From an uncultured Methylomirabilota bacterium (GTDB lineage Bacteria; Methylomirabilota; Methylomirabilia; Methylomirabilales; 2-02-FULL-66-22): DNA of 64,000 bases. Shown one piece after another: positions 61,665 to 64,000 of the stretch. How positions within the stretch are numbered: position 1 is the first letter of the stretch; each line of letters opens with the position of its first letter. The DNA is taken from the NCBI GenBank assembly GCA_963845565.1, contig CAWJSJ010000002.1, forward strand, positions 1,600,001 to 1,664,000. The letters run 5' to 3'. A program made the translations under genes and the position numbers. Under the pieces are notes generated by a model. The model did no database searches, was not told where the DNA came from, and saw only the letters and a program-made list of their open reading frames with translations.

Positions 61665-62491
61665 GCAACACACGCGCGCAGAAGCTCCTCAAGACCATCG
61701 GCTTTTACGGGCTGGTGACGTTCTTCATGCTGCCGACGGTCTTTGTCTTCTACTGGATGGTCACGCTGTCCTTGAAGCCGCAGATCGAGGCCGCGGCATA
61801 CCCCCCCATCTTTTTCAACTTCAGCATCACCTTCAAGGGATACCTCGAGGTGTTCGCCAAGCACCCGTTCCTGCTCTACACCTGGAACAGCTTGGTGGTT
61901 GCCGCCGGGACCACGCTGCTGGGGCTCATCGTCGGGCTGCCCGCCGCCTACAGCATCGCCCAGTGGCGGCAGCACAAGTTCGCCCTGACCATCCTGGTGG
62001 CCCGCATCATCCCCGGGATCAGCTACCTCATCCCCTGGTACATCCTGTTCCGGAACCTGAAGATGGTGGACACCTACCCGGCGCTCATCCTGACCCACCT
62101 GGTCGTGGGGCTGCCCATCACGATCTGGGTCATGATCGGCTTCTTCGAAGATGTTCCATCCGAGTTGCGCGAGGCGGCCCTCATCGACGGCTGCACCGAC
62201 TACGGGGCCTTCTGGCGGGTGGCGGTTCCCCTGGTCAAGCCGGGGATCGTGGCCACGGCCATCCTGGCCTTCATCTTCTCCTGGAATAATTTCCTCTTCT
62301 CGGTGATCCTGGCCGGTCGGAACACCCGGACGCTGCCCATCGCCGTCTTCAACATGATCGGCTACGAGGAGATCAACTGGGCCCCCCTGGCCGCCGCGGC
62401 GACGCTGATCACGCTGCCGGTCATCATCCTCACGCTCATCATCCAGCGCCACATCGTCACCGGGCTGACCTTCGGGGCGGTGAAAGGGTGA
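61658..62491 (+). CDS. ABC sugar permease (MalG-like)
   Basis: EAALIDGC, FIFSWNNF, GLTFGAVKG. Confidence 0.92.
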   Translation: MVGNTRAQKLLKTIGFYGLVTFFMLPTVFVFYWMVTLSLKPQIEAAAYPPIFFNFSITFKGYLEVFAKHPFLLYTWNSLVVAAGTTLLGLIVGLPAAYSIAQWRQHKFALTILVARIIPGISYLIPWYILFRNLKMVDTYPALILTHLVVGLPITIWVMIGFFEDVPSELREAALIDGCTDYGAFWRVAVPLVKPGIVATAILAFIFSWNNFLFSVILAGRNTRTLPIAVFNMIGYEEINWAPLAAAATLITLPVIILTLIIQRHIVTGLTFGAVKG

Positions 62492-62497
62492 CGGAAG

Positions 62498-62619
62498 CTT
62501 TCAGCTGTCAGCGGTCAGCAGTCAGCCGGGGGGCCTGGGTTGCGCCCGCGGGGCTTCCCGTGTACGATCTGCACGGGCCGTTTCTGTGCTGGTAGCTGAT
62601 TGCTGACCGCTGAAAGCTG
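62498..62619. repeat. Inverted pair of 7-bp repeat tracts
   Basis: AGCTTTCAGCTGTCAGCGGTCAGCAGTCAGC ... AGCTGATTGCTGACCGCTGAAAGCT. Confidence 0.7.
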
Positions 62620-62623
62620 TCTC

Positions 62624-62899
62624 ATGACCTTTCGCGAGTGGCTCGGGAGTTGGCGGGATTGGTTCCGGGGCGTGCTGTTCGGCATGGCCGCATACGACGC
62701 GGTCATGATGTTCCGGAAGCAGCGCGCCGACATGGAGCATCTGTTCGTGCTGATCGTGTTTGGCGACCTCGTCGGCGTGCCGATCCTCCCCCCGTTCTAC
62801 ACGCTACGCCTCTTGCCGTACATCATTCCCGAGGTCAACAACTGGAAGCGCCGGATGCTGCGCGAGAAAGATCTCACCGACCTCGCCGGAGCGGGCTGA
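62624..62899 (+). CDS. Small conserved hypothetical protein resembling CstA/ArsA-associated proteins
   Basis: LFVLIVFGDLVGVPILPPFYTLRLLPY motif. Confidence 0.6.
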   Translation: MTFREWLGSWRDWFRGVLFGMAAYDAVMMFRKQRADMEHLFVLIVFGDLVGVPILPPFYTLRLLPYIIPEVNNWKRRMLREKDLTDLAGAG

Positions 62900-62905
62900 T
62901 GCCGA

Positions 62906-63577
62906 ATGACTGAGTGGACCGCAGGAACCAACCTCGCCATCGCGCTGGCGGCCTTCCTGCTTGGCTGGTATGTCATCGGATTGTATATCAATCGGCGGCG
63001 GGCCGGGCAGCTGGTCCGGCAGGTCCGGGATTCCATACAGCAGTTCGGGGGTGCGGCGACGATCCGGTGGATCGGACGCAGCGCCTTCCGGATCGAGGCC
63101 GACAAGCTCCAGGCACCGGTCGCCGCCCTAGGGGTCAGTCTGCTTCTCGAGCCGCGCGAGACCTTCCTGCTCTGGATCGCCGGCCGCTGGTCCGGGCGGC
63201 GGGATTGGCTGATGCTGAGCGTCTCGCTGACCGGAGTGGTGCGCGGAGCCTTTGAGGTCTATCACCCCAAACGCCGCGGGGCCATGGACAGCGCTCGGGA
63301 AGTACGGGAGCTCGGGTGGCAAACGGCGCCGCTTCCCGGCCGATCGGAATTGCTGTGCGCGGCGCCCGGCGCGGACGGTCGGGCTCTGGCGCAGGAGGTC
63401 CTGAGCACGCTTCGAGGGGTGGACGTGTGGCGAGTGCGCGTCCGGAACAAAGCGCCGCAGTTGACCATCAGCCTTCCCATTCCGACAACCGAAACCCGGG
63501 TGCCCTTGCCGGTGTTCCCGCTGATTCCCCAACTCGCCGCCAGCATCCTCGCAAGGGGTGTCTCTGAACCCTCGTAA
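62906..63577 (+). CDS. Hypothetical protein with N-terminal TM anchor
   Basis: 223 aa ORF 6 nt after the previous stop, hydrophobic N-terminus. Confidence 0.6.
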   Translation: MTEWTAGTNLAIALAAFLLGWYVIGLYINRRRAGQLVRQVRDSIQQFGGAATIRWIGRSAFRIEADKLQAPVAALGVSLLLEPRETFLLWIAGRWSGRRDWLMLSVSLTGVVRGAFEVYHPKRRGAMDSAREVRELGWQTAPLPGRSELLCAAPGADGRALAQEVLSTLRGVDVWRVRVRNKAPQLTISLPIPTTETRVPLPVFPLIPQLAASILARGVSEPS

Positions 63578-63669
63578 CCAGCTAACGTGTGGACTTGGGC
63601 CGCGCCAAAAAAAACGATCGCGGTCGGTTGGCATGCGGGCGGCCATGACTATGATAGGAGCCGAGTGAG

Positions 63670-64000
63670 ATGAACGGAGATGCGTTTCGCCTGGACGGGC
63701 AACTGGCACTGGTTACCGGGGGAGGGACCGGCTTGGGGTTCGGGATTTGCCAAGCCATGGTGGAGGCGGGCGCCCGCGTGGTGATGACGGGCCGCCGCGA
63801 AGATGTCCTGCACGACGCGTGCGTGCAACTCAAGGGCGGCGCGCAGTATCTGCCGCACGATGTCACCGACCTGCGCTCGGTCCCGGCACTTGTCGAGGAG
63901 GCGGAGGAACGGTTCGGCCCGGTGCACATCCTGGTGAACAACGCGGGCAATCACCTGAAGAAACCGGCCGTCGAAACCACGGACGACGAGTTCGCCACGG
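63670..64000 (+). CDS. Short-chain dehydrogenase/reductase (5' part only)
   Basis: ALVTGGGTGLGFG, ILVNNAG; runs off the window. Confidence 0.85.
   Translation, partial: MNGDAFRLDGQLALVTGGGTGLGFGICQAMVEAGARVVMTGRREDVLHDACVQLKGGAQYLPHDVTDLRSVPALVEEAEERFGPVHILVNNAGNHLKKPAVETTDDEFAT

Noticed and set aside
60908..62491. 527-aa permease ORF
   Set aside because: Its N-terminal half overlaps the first permease out of frame; the real start is 61658.

Overview
High-GC bacterial chromosome segment. The lineage cannot be determined from the window; the gene and repeat content would fit an NC10/Methylomirabilota- or Nitrospirota-like organism (inference). From left to right it holds: housekeeping and accessory genes (hexapeptide acyltransferase, TPR protein, two SAM methyltransferases, SLOG/TIGR00725, JAB protein, tRNA-Ala(CGC), pyrE-like, radC, an Nramp/MgtE-like Mg cluster); a ~15 kb surface-protein locus in which a PEP-CTERM-anchored cohesin-like protein precedes a ~4,500-aa dockerin-tipped, repeat-rich adhesin; a pseudokinase; IlvD/GntR; a short AAA ATPase ending in the proteasome-docking motif GQYL; ZIP and TRAP transporters; an integron whose intI is co-oriented with its cassettes, next to lexA; and a LacI-controlled sugar catabolism cluster with TRAP and ABC transporters. 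Intergenic DNA is dense with at least three palindromic MITE/REP-like families and 7-8 bp tandem repeats. Several genes carry single-base frameshifts, probably sequencing errors. The best candidates for undescribed biology are the exosortase-anchored cohesin-dockerin display system, the N-domain-less GQYL ATPase, and the lexA linker VNTR with a candidate new SOS box. Family assignments come from motif recognition, not database searches.
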